This document shows, in pieces, positions 40,298 to 50,179 of a DNA stretch of 64,000 nt. The stretch spans positions 1-64,000 of the forward strand of contig JAWLHB010000038.1 of the NCBI GenBank assembly GCA_041690595.1, in the 5' to 3' direction. Numbering within the stretch: the first letter of the stretch is position 1; every line of letters starts with the position of its first letter. The stretch is from Lentisphaeria bacterium. Its GTDB lineage: Bacteria > Verrucomicrobiota > Lentisphaeria > JABSQK01 > JAWLHB01. Both the position numbers and the translations under genes were made by a program. The notes below the pieces were generated by a model. That model was not told where the DNA came from, did no database searches, and saw only the letters and a list, made by a program, of their open reading frames with translations.

Positions 40298-41152
40298 ATG
40301 TTGTACGCAGAGTATCGCGCGAGCCGGAAGGGCGGGAGTCCATGGAGGGTGAGGGGGCAGCGTCACGGAGGTGGCTGCTTCACCTTGATCGAACTGCTGG
40401 TGGTTGTCGCCATAATCGCCATACTGGCCAGCCTGCTGCTGCCGGCGTTGAGCAAGGCGCGGGCGCAGGCGCGTGTAACCGTCTGCATCGGCAACATGAA
40501 ACAGATCGGGCTCGCGCAAGGCATGTACTCCGGCGACTGGGATGACTTCTTCCCGAGCACCTGCACCGAGCAGGCGTTGAACACCAATCTGTCGGATGCG
40601 CAGGGCATTGCCGGTACCACCACCGGCTACAAGGTGGCACGCGTGGGGCGGTTGCGGAATCCGCAGGAGCGAGGCAACGGCGGTTCGCTGCTGGGAGATT
40701 ACATCGAATTCGATGCGATGTGGTGCCCGACCTTGCGCATTCGCGGGGGAACCGAGCTGAACACGATGGATTACCAGACTGCCAAGCGGAACTATGCCGT
40801 GACGCCGAACGCCAGGGACGTATCCATTGGCTATACCTTCCGCACCCAGGCCTATCATACCGGCAATACCGTCGGGCTGAAGGCGCGCCAGATTTCCCCC
40901 GTGCGCAATCCCAAGCTCAGCGATATTCCCGTCACCTTCGACATCGCCGGACGCGAGAACCCGCAGTTCTCCGGCAAGTTCAACGCCGAGGTCCACGACA
41001 TGCTCGGCTACAGCCTCCTCTACGGCGACGGCGGCAGCGGCTTCTTCCGCGACAGCGGCTATGCCCGCATGATCGGGGACAGCACCTGGAGCTGGTACTG
41101 GGGCACCGGAAGTGCCTCATACATCACCAAGACCCTCGACCGCAGCCGGTAA
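40298..41152 (+). CDS. Prepilin-type N-terminal cleavage/methylation protein (DUF1559-like)
   Basis: [47 protein letters not shown]10-DG motif; GGAG SD. Confidence 0.92.
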   Translation: MLYAEYRASRKGGSPWRVRGQRHGGGCFTLIELLVVVAIIAILASLLLPALSKARAQARVTVCIGNMKQIGLAQGMYSGDWDDFFPSTCTEQALNTNLSDAQGIAGTTTGYKVARVGRLRNPQERGNGGSLLGDYIEFDAMWCPTLRIRGGTELNTMDYQTAKRNYAVTPNARDVSIGYTFRTQAYHTGNTVGLKARQISPVRNPKLSDIPVTFDIAGRENPQFSGKFNAEVHDMLGYSLLYGDGGSGFFRDSGYARMIGDSTWSWYWGTGSASYITKTLDRSR

Positions 41153-41186
41153 CGAGGGGGCGACAACCAACAGGGTAGGGCAGGGC

Positions 41187-41873
41187 ATGATGCACTCGGC
41201 TCTTGTGCCGGCAGCAAAGCTGGAAGACGACTTCTACGACTGGTATGAGCGCCACGCGTCGAAATGCGCCCTCGCGGCCGGTCGCCGGTATCCGCTGATC
41301 TTCATCGGCGATTCCATTACCCATCTCTTCGAAGGGGATGCCGGCCTGGGGTCGCGGGGATTGCGCTGGTGGCGGGAGGCCTTCGGCGCCCACGATCCCC
41401 TCAACCTCGGCTTCGGGTGGGACCGCACGCAGAATGTTCTCTGGCGCCTGGCCAACGGCGAGTTTGCCGGGCAGCAGCCCCCCCTTGTCGTGCTCAACAT
41501 CGGCACCAACAACCTCACGGGCTCCATCCATGCCCCGACCAATACCCCGGCGCAGATCGACGAAGGCCAGCGCGCCATCTGTGCCCTCATCCACAAAGCT
41601 TCTCCCGCCACCCACATTCTCCTGATGGGGATCTTCCCCAGAAGCACCCCGGACGATCCATTGCGCCGGCAAATCCGCGAGATCAATGCACTGGCCGCCC
41701 TGCATGTGGCGGAAACCGAGAACATCTCCTTCCTGGATATCGGCCACCTCTTTCTCGAAGCTGACGGGCGCATCGCCCCGCACCTGATGGAAGACCGTGT
41801 GCATCCCACAGAAGAAGGCTACCGCATCTGGGCCGAGGCGATCCTTCCGGTCGTCCAGGCCCGCCTGGGCTGA
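41187..41873 (+). CDS. SGNH/GDSL hydrolase (PAF-acetylhydrolase-like)
   Basis: IGDSIT, GFGWDRTQNVLWR, IGTNN and DRVHP. Confidence 0.9.
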   Translation: MMHSALVPAAKLEDDFYDWYERHASKCALAAGRRYPLIFIGDSITHLFEGDAGLGSRGLRWWREAFGAHDPLNLGFGWDRTQNVLWRLANGEFAGQQPPLVVLNIGTNNLTGSIHAPTNTPAQIDEGQRAICALIHKASPATHILLMGIFPRSTPDDPLRRQIREINALAALHVAETENISFLDIGHLFLEADGRIAPHLMEDRVHPTEEGYRIWAEAILPVVQARLG

Positions 41874-42015
41874 CGCGCATTCCTCCCGTGATCTGTGCAA
41901 TTGATCACGGAATGGCTTGCGGGTTGAGGCCGGCAGATGTATTGCTAAGTACCGTCAGAATCGCGCGGCACGCGACCAGAACAGCAATCCAACGTACTAT
42001 CGGGGAGATAGGATC

Positions 42016-42516
42016 ATGGCCACACACGACAACCTGCAGGATGCCTTCGCCGGTGAAAGCCAGGCGAACCGCAAGTACCTCGCCTTTGCGGCACAGGCAG
42101 AGAAGGATGGCTTCCCACAAGTGGCGAAGCTCTTTCGCGCCGCCGCGGAAGCCGAGACCATTCATGCCCACGCCCACCTGAAAGCGATGAACGGCATCAA
42201 ATCCACGCTGGAAAACCTTGCCACGGCCGTCGAAGGCGAGCGCTTCGAGTATCAGGAGATGTATCCGCCCTACCTTGCCGAGGCTGAGCGTGACGGAAAC
42301 AAGGCGGCGGTCCGCAGCTTCAATCATGCCCTGGGGGCCGAAGAGATCCACTGCAACCTCTACAGGGAGGCCCTCGCCGCCGTGCAGGCCGGCAAGGACC
42401 TCGACAGCGACCTCATCTTCATCTGCCCCTTCTGCGGCAACCTCGAGTACGGCGAACCACCCGAGAAGTGCATCATCTGCGGCGCCCCCGGCACCAAGTT
42501 CGAAACCGTCGCCTGA
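42016..42516 (+). CDS. rbr: Rubrerythrin
   Basis: NLQDAFAGESQANRKY; EAETIHA; EEIH; CPFCG...CIICG rubredoxin knuckles. Confidence 0.93.
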   Translation: MATHDNLQDAFAGESQANRKYLAFAAQAEKDGFPQVAKLFRAAAEAETIHAHAHLKAMNGIKSTLENLATAVEGERFEYQEMYPPYLAEAERDGNKAAVRSFNHALGAEEIHCNLYREALAAVQAGKDLDSDLIFICPFCGNLEYGEPPEKCIICGAPGTKFETVA

Positions 42517-42665
42517 TAAACCCTGAGCCCCGGTCGCTGACCATCGGGATCCTCTCGACGGTCAGGACCGGGCAGTTGCATTCCCCCTCCACGACCTCGC
42601 ACGGGTAAGCTGCCGGGCTCGGACGGATGGCGTGGCATCACCAACCTGAGACGAGGAACTCCCAC

Positions 42666-45600
42666 ATGACTGGATCCATCCGTACCTGCTGCGCCGCGTT
42701 CGGCCTGGTGTTGACCTTCTGCTGTGCCGCCGCAACGACCATCCCGCCCGGCGAACATCCGCGCCTTCTTTTCACCGCGGCCGAGCTGCCCGCGATCCGC
42801 GAACGCATGGCTACGCCGGAAGGACAGCGACTGCTGGAGTCACTCGTCCGCGGCGTGCAGCGTTGGGTGCGCGACTTCGACAAGGCCTTTCCGCCAGAAG
42901 GGATCGACGAGGCCGCGCGCGACGAACTGGTGACGCGTTTGCGCGAAGGCAAGCTTCCCTACTTTGACGACTTTCCTTATCGCGCCGCCTTGCTGGCCCA
43001 GTTGACGGACGACCCGGAGCACCGGCGATGGGCCGCCAACTATCTGCGCGGCTGGCTGCTGGCGATCACCCCCGAGGACGGGATCCGCGAAAGCCAGGGC
43101 TGGGGACATCCGCGGCTCGCCCTTGCCTACGACCTCGCACACCGCGATCTGACCGACCAGGAGCGGCAGGTGGCTCGCGACCTGATCTCATCTCATGGTC
43201 TCTCTGCCGACATGCAGCGGCAGCTGCGTCCGAGCTGGTATGTGTGGGGCCCGAACCGCGGCAATGGCAGTCACAGCAACTGGGACTGCATCTACGCCAG
43301 CAACACCCTGCTGAGCCTGATGAGCATCGAAGGAGAGCAGTGCCGCTACGTGGTCGCCGCCGACGCCTTCGCCGAGTCCCTCAAGGTCCTCAACTCCTTC
43401 CTGCTGGACGGCATCACCGCTGACGGCGCCTTCCATGACGGCCTCACCTATCCGCACGGCTACGGCACCCACTTCTTGCCGCACGCCCTGATCGGCCTTG
43501 GCCTCCGGGGCATCGATGCAACCGCCGGCACCAACGCCATGCGCCCCGGCTTCTGGCTCACCTACGAGATGCTGCCGTGGGGCGGCGAGGGGCAGGCCAT
43601 GAACAAGGCAGACGGCAATTTCAGCACCAATACCATGTTCCCCACCTGGCTGGCGATGCATGGTGACGAGATGGCCCGCTGGCATTTCTTCAACACTTCC
43701 GGCGCCGCCCACGGGGCACCGCCCGCCATGGCCGAAGAGATTGCCCTGATCGCCGGCATCCCCCAGGCAACCACCGACTGGACACCCGACCAACTGCCCC
43801 TCTCCCACTGGTTCTCCGTCATCGGTAAGGTCATCTCCCGCGGCGGATGGCAACCCGAAGACAGCCACTTCATCCTCGCCACCAATCCCGTCTCCACCGG
43901 CCACTCCCACGCCGACCACGGCCAGTTCTGCTTTGCCGACCTCGGTGTCAACTTCTTTGCCGACTCGGGCACCAGTCACTATGCTTCGGACGAGCACAAC
44001 CTGGTGCTGATCGACGGCCTCGGCCAGGCGCGCGTGGAAGGGAGCGTTGAAGGATTCATCCGCTATGCGGAGTTCTCCAACTACGCGGACGCAGCCGATG
44101 CCGACCTCGAAGAGAGCTACACCCGCTTCATCTCCGGAGCGCTTGACGGCCCATGGCATTTCGAAAACTACAATCCGGTGGAGTGGGCCGACCGGCGAAG
44201 CCTCTTCATTCGCGGCGCCACCGGGACCATTGTCGCCATTGCCGACGATATTCGCAAGGACGAAGAGCTGCGTGACTACCAGTGGCGCGTGCACAGCATC
44301 GCCGGCAATCAGCTCCAGGCCGATGGCCGGCGCTTCACCATGTCGGAGCGATATGGCGGTCCGGTGCTGCAGTCGGTCGGCCCGGGGCAGCAATGCTCCT
44401 TGATCGCTCAGGATGTGCCGGCGGGCAAGTACCGATGCTGGGCCTTGGTGCGCGGCGTGCCCCGCTTCTCCAGATCCTGGTCCAACACCGCCGTCGCCAT
44501 CAATGGCAGGAAAGTCCTCTACAACTCCACCTATTTTGCCCTCGGCGGCTTTGGCGACGGCTGGCGATGGAACGAGATTCGAATCGGCGGGCACGGTGCC
44601 GATCCGTGGATGGAACTGCCCGCCGGAAGACTCGAGGTGACTCTGACCGGCCAGACCGGCTCCCAGGTCGCCATGTTCGTCTTCTCCGATCGCGACGACT
44701 GGAGCCCCGATTTTGACATTCCGCTACGGAGCGAAGAGGGGATCCTTGTCCTTGGCGCTGCCGATGCCATTCAGGGTGAAAACCCATGGGAGCTCCTCGA
44801 TGATCCGCGCGCCGAACTCGAGGGTATCTTCCTGGGACGCGAAAGACCTTCACTCCGCGTTGAGCGCAGCACCCCCACCGGCCGCCCCAGAGTGGTGGCC
44901 GAGTCGCGCACCGCCCGCTGGCAATCCGTCTGCGTCGCCGCGGCCCATCAGAGCACGGACCCCCGTCAATCCGAAACGCTCGGAAACAACAGTATTCGCT
45001 ATCGTCGCGGCAATGATGTCGACTATGTGACCGCCGGCGACAATGGCCGCCTGGCCGGCGAGTTGCTCGCAACCGACGGCGCCGTCGCCTCGGCCGCCCT
45101 CCCCGGCAACGCTCTCGCCAGCTACGCTCTCCTCCACGGCAAACTCCTGCGCTTTGACGGCGCCGATCTGGTGCGCGCCGATCAGCCGGTGACCGTCCTC
45201 TGCGATGGAGAGAGGATCGCCATTCGCGCTCCCGGCGGCACGCGTATCGCCTCTCGGCGCCTGACCGCCACCACCTTGCGCGTCAACGGCGAGGAGCTTC
45301 AACTCCCCGACGGTGAGATGCCGGAGATCGTCGTGCCCTTGTTGCCGGCCGAATGGACGGTCTCCCACTCTCCTGACGGACGGATTGTCACCGTTACCGG
45401 CAATGGCCCGTGGCCGCTGAAGATCCACGCCCCCGTGGCACGGCAACTGATCGTGAACGGGGTGCCACGCCATTTCATCCGCAGCGAGCGCGCCAAGGGA
45501 GAAGGGTGGATCTGGCCGTACATGGAGTCGATGGCATGCTGGGGCTATGCCGGAGAAGTCGGCGCGGAGACGCTTGCCTCCTGGGTCACCGCAGGCACGG

Positions 45601-46445
45601 CAACGCCGGCCGCCATACCCGGCAGCACCGAAGAGGCGTTGCGGATCGAGGGCGGCGCCACCCTGCGCGTCCCCTTGGCCGGACCCGCGGAATACGAAAT
45701 GATGCTGCGGGTGCACACGCAGGAAGACACCGAGATCCTGCTGCGCGCGAGCGACGTCCTGAAGTCCTGGAAGGTCCGCGGCGGGGGTGCATCGGGCAAA
45801 GCCTTCGGCGGCCTGCACTTCACGGGAGAAGAGGGGGAGCTGCTGCTCCTGTCCACCGCCCCCTTCTACCTCAAGGGAGTGCTGATGAAACCACAGCTCA
45901 GTCTCCTCACCCCCGAGCAATGGACCATCATCGGTCCATTCCCGGCAGGCGCTCAGACCGGTGACGAGATCAAGAAGGCCATGGCCACGCAGTTCGTGCC
46001 CGAAGATGGCTCCATCGACCCTTCCGCAAGCGTTCAGGCGGAGGGCGACGTGACCCTGACTTGGGTGCGTGGAGAAAGGCTACCGGATGCCAATGACTAC
46101 AAGCGAAGCATGTGGAGCCGGCAATTGGGCTTCACCAACAACGGCATCACCTACTCCGTAACCTGGATCGACAGCCCCACCGAGCGCGACGCGGAGCTGG
46201 GGATCATGGTCGACTATTGGGCCAACGCCTGGCTCAACGGCGAGAAGCTCGTCAGCGAGCGGGCACCGCATCAGGTCGAGCGCGATGGATGCGCCTTCAA
46301 CGATAACCTGACCCGCGCGCGCATGCGGCTGAAGAAGGGGCGGAACGTGTTGATGGTGAAGGTGCGCGGCGGCAACGGCAGCAACGCCTTCAGCGGCTAC
46401 ATCTCCAACCCTGGCGATCTCACCATCACTTCACCCAAGCAGTAG
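42666..46445 (+). CDS. Secreted heparinase II/III-like polysaccharide lyase with C-terminal jelly-roll domain
   Basis: Signal peptide; HPRLLF; SNW; HSHADHGQF; HNLVLIDG; WTIIGPF..WLNG..LKKGRNVL. Confidence 0.75.
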   Translation: MTGSIRTCCAAFGLVLTFCCAAATTIPPGEHPRLLFTAAELPAIRERMATPEGQRLLESLVRGVQRWVRDFDKAFPPEGIDEAARDELVTRLREGKLPYFDDFPYRAALLAQLTDDPEHRRWAANYLRGWLLAITPEDGIRESQGWGHPRLALAYDLAHRDLTDQERQVARDLISSHGLSADMQRQLRPSWYVWGPNRGNGSHSNWDCIYASNTLLSLMSIEGEQCRYVVAADAFAESLKVLNSFLLDGITADGAFHDGLTYPHGYGTHFLPHALIGLGLRGIDATAGTNAMRPGFWLTYEMLPWGGEGQAMNKADGNFSTNTMFPTWLAMHGDEMARWHFFNTSGAAHGAPPAMAEEIALIAGIPQATTDWTPDQLPLSHWFSVIGKVISRGGWQPEDSHFILATNPVSTGHSHADHGQFCFADLGVNFFADSGTSHYASDEHNLVLIDGLGQARVEGSVEGFIRYAEFSNYADAADADLEESYTRFISGALDGPWHFENYNPVEWADRRSLFIRGATGTIVAIADDIRKDEELRDYQWRVHSIAGNQLQADGRRFTMSERYGGPVLQSVGPGQQCSLIAQDVPAGKYRCWALVRGVPRFSRSWSNTAVAINGRKVLYNSTYFALGGFGDGWRWNEIRIGGHGADPWMELPAGRLEVTLTGQTGSQVAMFVFSDRDDWSPDFDIPLRSEEGILVLGAADAIQGENPWELLDDPRAELEGIFLGRERPSLRVERSTPTGRPRVVAESRTARWQSVCVAAAHQSTDPRQSETLGNNSIRYRRGNDVDYVTAGDNGRLAGELLATDGAVASAALPGNALASYALLHGKLLRFDGADLVRADQPVTVLCDGERIAIRAPGGTRIASRRLTATTLRVNGEELQLPDGEMPEIVVPLLPAEWTVSHSPDGRIVTVTGNGPWPLKIHAPVARQLIVNGVPRHFIRSERAKGEGWIWPYMESMACWGYAGEVGAETLASWVTAGTATPAAIPGSTEEALRIEGGATLRVPLAGPAEYEMMLRVHTQEDTEILLRASDVLKSWKVRGGGASGKAFGGLHFTGEEGELLLLSTAPFYLKGVLMKPQLSLLTPEQWTIIGPFPAGAQTGDEIKKAMATQFVPEDGSIDPSASVQAEGDVTLTWVRGERLPDANDYKRSMWSRQLGFTNNGITYSVTWIDSPTERDAELGIMVDYWANAWLNGEKLVSERAPHQVERDGCAFNDNLTRARMRLKKGRNVLMVKVRGGNGSNAFSGYISNPGDLTITSPKQ

Positions 46446-46452
46446 GATCGTC

Positions 46453-47910
46453 ATGCCCCCCAACATCATCTTCATCTTTCCCGACCAGCTGCGCAGCGAC
46501 ATGCTCGGATGCTACGGCCATCCATCGGCGATCACGCCGCACATCGATGCCCTGGCTGCCTCGGGAACCCGCTTCGCCAACTGCTGCAGCACCAACCCCG
46601 TCTGCCTGCCGGCACGCTCCAGCATCATCACCGGCAAGTACTGCTGTCAGCACCATTGCCACGCGAATAGCGGCGTCCTGGCACCATCCGAACGCTGCTG
46701 GCCGGCAATGCTGCGCGACAGCGGCTACTACACCGCACTCGTGGGCAAGCTGCACCTCTGGGAACAGTATCGCGAACCACCCTTCACCCCCGTCGATCAT
46801 GGCTTCCAGTACAAGCAGATGGTCGAGGGCAAGGCCAGTCTCGGCAATGGCGTTGAAGAATCGGGCTGGTACTTCGATATCCTGAAGGATCGCGGTTTGC
46901 CCGCACCCCACCCATGGCCGGGTGACCGCGAATGCGCCCGCATGGGCAATGCCCGCATCAGCGAGTATGACGAACTCGATCACATCGACGGGGTTATCGG
47001 CTCGCGCGCCGTTCGCCAGATCCTCGAAGGGCGCAAGATGGCGCTCACCCGCAACAAGCCCTTCTGCATGCAGGTCGGCATCTGCAGTCCACACGAAGCC
47101 TATGATCCACCGCGTACCTTCTTCGACATGTACGAGGGCATCGATATCCCCGATCCAATCTTCCAGGGGGCGCACAACCTCACCAAATCGTCCGACTTTC
47201 GCGCCTTCGTCGAGCGCTCCGCCAAGCGTGTCGGTTTCTCTCTGGACGGTTACGATGAAGCGTCGCTGGAACGGGTTCGCTTCATGCGCCGATGCTACCT
47301 CGCCACCGTCAGCTTTGTCGATCACCAGGTGGGGCGTATCGTGCAGGCCGTCAAGGATGCCGGCATCTACGACAACACCGCGATCGTCTTCATCAGTGAC
47401 CATGGTGATTATGTCGGCGAGCGGGGCGGCATCCAGAAGGACTACTTCCTCTACGAAGACAACCTGCACGTGCCGTTGATCGTCAGTGCTCCCTTCCTGA
47501 AGACCCGACCCGGCGTCGTGGAAGGGCTGGTGCAGAACATTGATATCTTCGCCACCGTGCTCGATCTGGCCGGTATTCCCATTCCTCAGCCGACCTTGAG
47601 CCGAAGCCTCCTGCCGCTGATGCAAGACCCTTCGGCCACCGTGCGCGATGCCGTCTTTGCGGAGTTCTACGATCGCAAGATGGTTCGCCAGGAGCGCTAC
47701 AAGCTCATCGTGGAAAGGGACCCCAGCGCCGTCGAGTTGTACGACCTTTACGAGGATCCCGGCGAAACAACTAATCTCGCCCGCGATCTGTCGGATCCGA
47801 CTCTGCTCACCGCCGACCCGGAGTACCTGACCATCATCAACGCCTTGCTGCAGCGCATGGTCCTGTGGCAATGCGAATGCGAGGGCGTCCCGGAAATGCG
47901 GAAGAAGTAG
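46453..47910 (+). CDS. Formylglycine-dependent sulfatase
   Basis: PNIIFIFPDQLR; CLPARSSIITG (CxPxR); GKLHL; SDHG. Confidence 0.95.
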   Translation: MPPNIIFIFPDQLRSDMLGCYGHPSAITPHIDALAASGTRFANCCSTNPVCLPARSSIITGKYCCQHHCHANSGVLAPSERCWPAMLRDSGYYTALVGKLHLWEQYREPPFTPVDHGFQYKQMVEGKASLGNGVEESGWYFDILKDRGLPAPHPWPGDRECARMGNARISEYDELDHIDGVIGSRAVRQILEGRKMALTRNKPFCMQVGICSPHEAYDPPRTFFDMYEGIDIPDPIFQGAHNLTKSSDFRAFVERSAKRVGFSLDGYDEASLERVRFMRRCYLATVSFVDHQVGRIVQAVKDAGIYDNTAIVFISDHGDYVGERGGIQKDYFLYEDNLHVPLIVSAPFLKTRPGVVEGLVQNIDIFATVLDLAGIPIPQPTLSRSLLPLMQDPSATVRDAVFAEFYDRKMVRQERYKLIVERDPSAVELYDLYEDPGETTNLARDLSDPTLLTADPEYLTIINALLQRMVLWQCECEGVPEMRKK

Positions 47911-47965
47911 CACCCGAAACGACAGCCGGAATTCAACGTCGCGCATCAGCAGGAAGGAAACCATC

Positions 47966-48925
47966 ATGTCCAACGTGCAGCCCGAGTCTTACGGTCACAT
48001 CCGTGGGTTCAACTATCAGCCCAGCTATGCCAGTCACGGCATCGAAATATGGGCCGAACACTTCGACTTCGACGCGATCCGCGTGGAACTGGGACGGGGG
48101 AAGGAGCACTTTCCCGCCACCAATACCATCCGTCTATGGCTGTCCCATGATGCCTGGCTGCGCCAACCCGGGGCCGTGGCTGAACGCGTTCACCGCGTGA
48201 TCGAGTTGGGCGATACTTATGACCTCCGCTTCATCCCCACACTCTTCAACGCGTGGCACAGCTGGCCCTCCTTTGGCGGTGTCACCGAGGAGATGCTCGG
48301 GCACTGGGGCGGTCATGAGCGATTTGACCTCGCCTTCCGCCCGTTCATCGAGGCGATAGTCGCGCCCCACGTTAATGACCCCCGCGTACTCCTCTGGGAT
48401 CTGTGCAATGAACCGAAGGTCGGACCTGGGCGCGAAAGCACCAACCAGCTCTGGATCGGCTGGCTCGAACGTGCCCGACACTGCATCGAGGCCTTGGGAG
48501 ACAGCGGTCGTATCACCGTCGGTGCATGCGGGCCAACCGCCTCCGTCGCCATGCTTGCACCCCTCTCCGATGTCATCACCGTGCACCCGTATTTCGCCTG
48601 GAACATGTTCTGTCCCACGGAAACCGAGTTTCGTGAGCGGGTAGATAGTCTCGTGACCATGGCCGCTGAGGTCGGCAAACCCATCTTTGCCTCCGAGACC
48701 GGCTGGGGGGCCCTCGACGATCGCAAACGGGCCGAAACCTTGGAAGTGGAGCTGGAAACGCTGACCGGCCATGGCATCGGCTTCACCATTCACCTCCTGC
48801 ATCACACGCTGGTAGGTGACGGCCATCTTCCGGAATACGGTCCCATCTCCGCTGCCGGCTACATGGCCTGCATCGATCCGGATGGGTCACGGCGTAAGTA
48901 CCACGAAGTGATCAATAACTATTAG
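47966..48925 (+). CDS. Clan GH-A (GH5-like) glycoside hydrolase
   Basis: RGFNY, NTIRLWL, WDLCNEP (acid/base), TVHPY and ASETGW (nucleophile). Confidence 0.8.
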   Translation: MSNVQPESYGHIRGFNYQPSYASHGIEIWAEHFDFDAIRVELGRGKEHFPATNTIRLWLSHDAWLRQPGAVAERVHRVIELGDTYDLRFIPTLFNAWHSWPSFGGVTEEMLGHWGGHERFDLAFRPFIEAIVAPHVNDPRVLLWDLCNEPKVGPGRESTNQLWIGWLERARHCIEALGDSGRITVGACGPTASVAMLAPLSDVITVHPYFAWNMFCPTETEFRERVDSLVTMAAEVGKPIFASETGWGALDDRKRAETLEVELETLTGHGIGFTIHLLHHTLVGDGHLPEYGPISAAGYMACIDPDGSRRKYHEVINNY

Positions 48926-48978
48926 ACCCCCATTCCGAGGGGCCACCTCGCAACCGATTATCCTGAGGAAATGTGTAC

Positions 48979-50055
48979 ATGAGCCTTTTCGATGACATCA
49001 ACGATGGCAGCCGCGATGCGGCGCCCGGTCTGCAGGAGGCGCTGGACCGGAAGGGTGAGATTCGCATTCCGGCCGGTAACTACCTGCTGGGTGAGACTCT
49101 TCGCGTACATTCGGATACCTCCATCATCGCCGACACCGGCGCGATCTTTCGACTGGCCGATGGCGTGGGCAGGCACTGCCGCAGCTTCATGATCACCAAC
49201 GCGAACCCCGGAAACGGCAACGTCAACATCACCCTCCAGGGCGGATTCTGGGACGCCAACAACGCCGGTAATCCGCGCGGCGTCGATTACGATCCATTCG
49301 CCTATACCGGAGTGGCGATCAACTTCTCCAACGTGAAGAACCTCACGATCCGCGATCTGGCGGTCCACAATCCCGAATCCTTTTTCGTGCGCGTCGGCGA
49401 AGTGACCGACTTTCTCATCGAGAACATCACGCTCAGCGCTACCGTCACCCACCTGAATCAGGACGGCGTCCATGTCGGCGGCTTCTCCGAGCACGGGGTG
49501 ATTCGAGGCATCCGCGCCAGCGGCGCCGGCGTACCCGACGACGACATGGTGGCGCTCAATGCGGACGACGATGTAGAGCGCCAGCTCAACCTGAGCATGC
49601 GGCGCGGCCCCATCCGCGACATTCTCGTGGAGGATATCGAGGCCGAGGACGCCTATACCTTCATCCGCCTGCTGAGCGCCGGCCAGCCCATCGAAGATGT
49701 CACCGTTCGCCGGATGCGCGGGGGATGCAGGGTACACGGGATCAACCTCAACAACTGGCGATTCCCCAAAGGGGTTGGTGCCATACGACGGATCCGCTTC
49801 GAAGACATCGAGCTGACCAAGACCGAGGTGCGCCCCTACGCGCCGGCACTCGTGCAGATCTCATTGGGCGTCGACGATTTCCACCTGATTGGCCTGAAAC
49901 GGGGAGCCGCCACCCATCCGGATGTCAAAACGCTCCTACTCGACAATCAGCAACCCCTTGACATGGTTCTCAACGGTCGCAGACACCAACTCACCCCTGC
50001 CGGATTCGAACTCCCCAGCGGCGACATCGACGAGCTGAGCCTGAGCCAACCCTGA
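48979..50055 (+). CDS. GH28/pectin-lyase-like beta-helix protein
   Basis: LQEALD..IPAGNY; NQDGVH; DDMVALN. Confidence 0.75.
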   Translation: MSLFDDINDGSRDAAPGLQEALDRKGEIRIPAGNYLLGETLRVHSDTSIIADTGAIFRLADGVGRHCRSFMITNANPGNGNVNITLQGGFWDANNAGNPRGVDYDPFAYTGVAINFSNVKNLTIRDLAVHNPESFFVRVGEVTDFLIENITLSATVTHLNQDGVHVGGFSEHGVIRGIRASGAGVPDDDMVALNADDDVERQLNLSMRRGPIRDILVEDIEAEDAYTFIRLLSAGQPIEDVTVRRMRGGCRVHGINLNNWRFPKGVGAIRRIRFEDIELTKTEVRPYAPALVQISLGVDDFHLIGLKRGAATHPDVKTLLLDNQQPLDMVLNGRRHQLTPAGFELPSGDIDELSLSQP

Positions 50056-50105
50056 ACGAAAACGGCCTGGCACTCCTCATGCGCAGTGCCCCCTCCCGAT
50101 GCCCC

Positions 50106-50135
50106 GTCCGTGTTTGTCCGTGTTCGTCCGTGGTT
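50106..50135. repeat. 3 x 10-bp tandem repeat (GTCCGTGKTY) between convergent genes
   Basis: gtccgtgttt gtccgtgttc gtccgtggtt. Confidence 0.75.
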
Positions 50136-50179
50136 ACCTCACCGCGCCGCGTCCCCCCCTCACGCGGCACGGCACCGGA

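Noticed and set aside
41888..41908. GTGATC-N9-GATCAC palindrome upstream of rubrerythrin as an FNR/CRP site
   Set aside because: The spacing does not match either consensus and the arms are too short to call.
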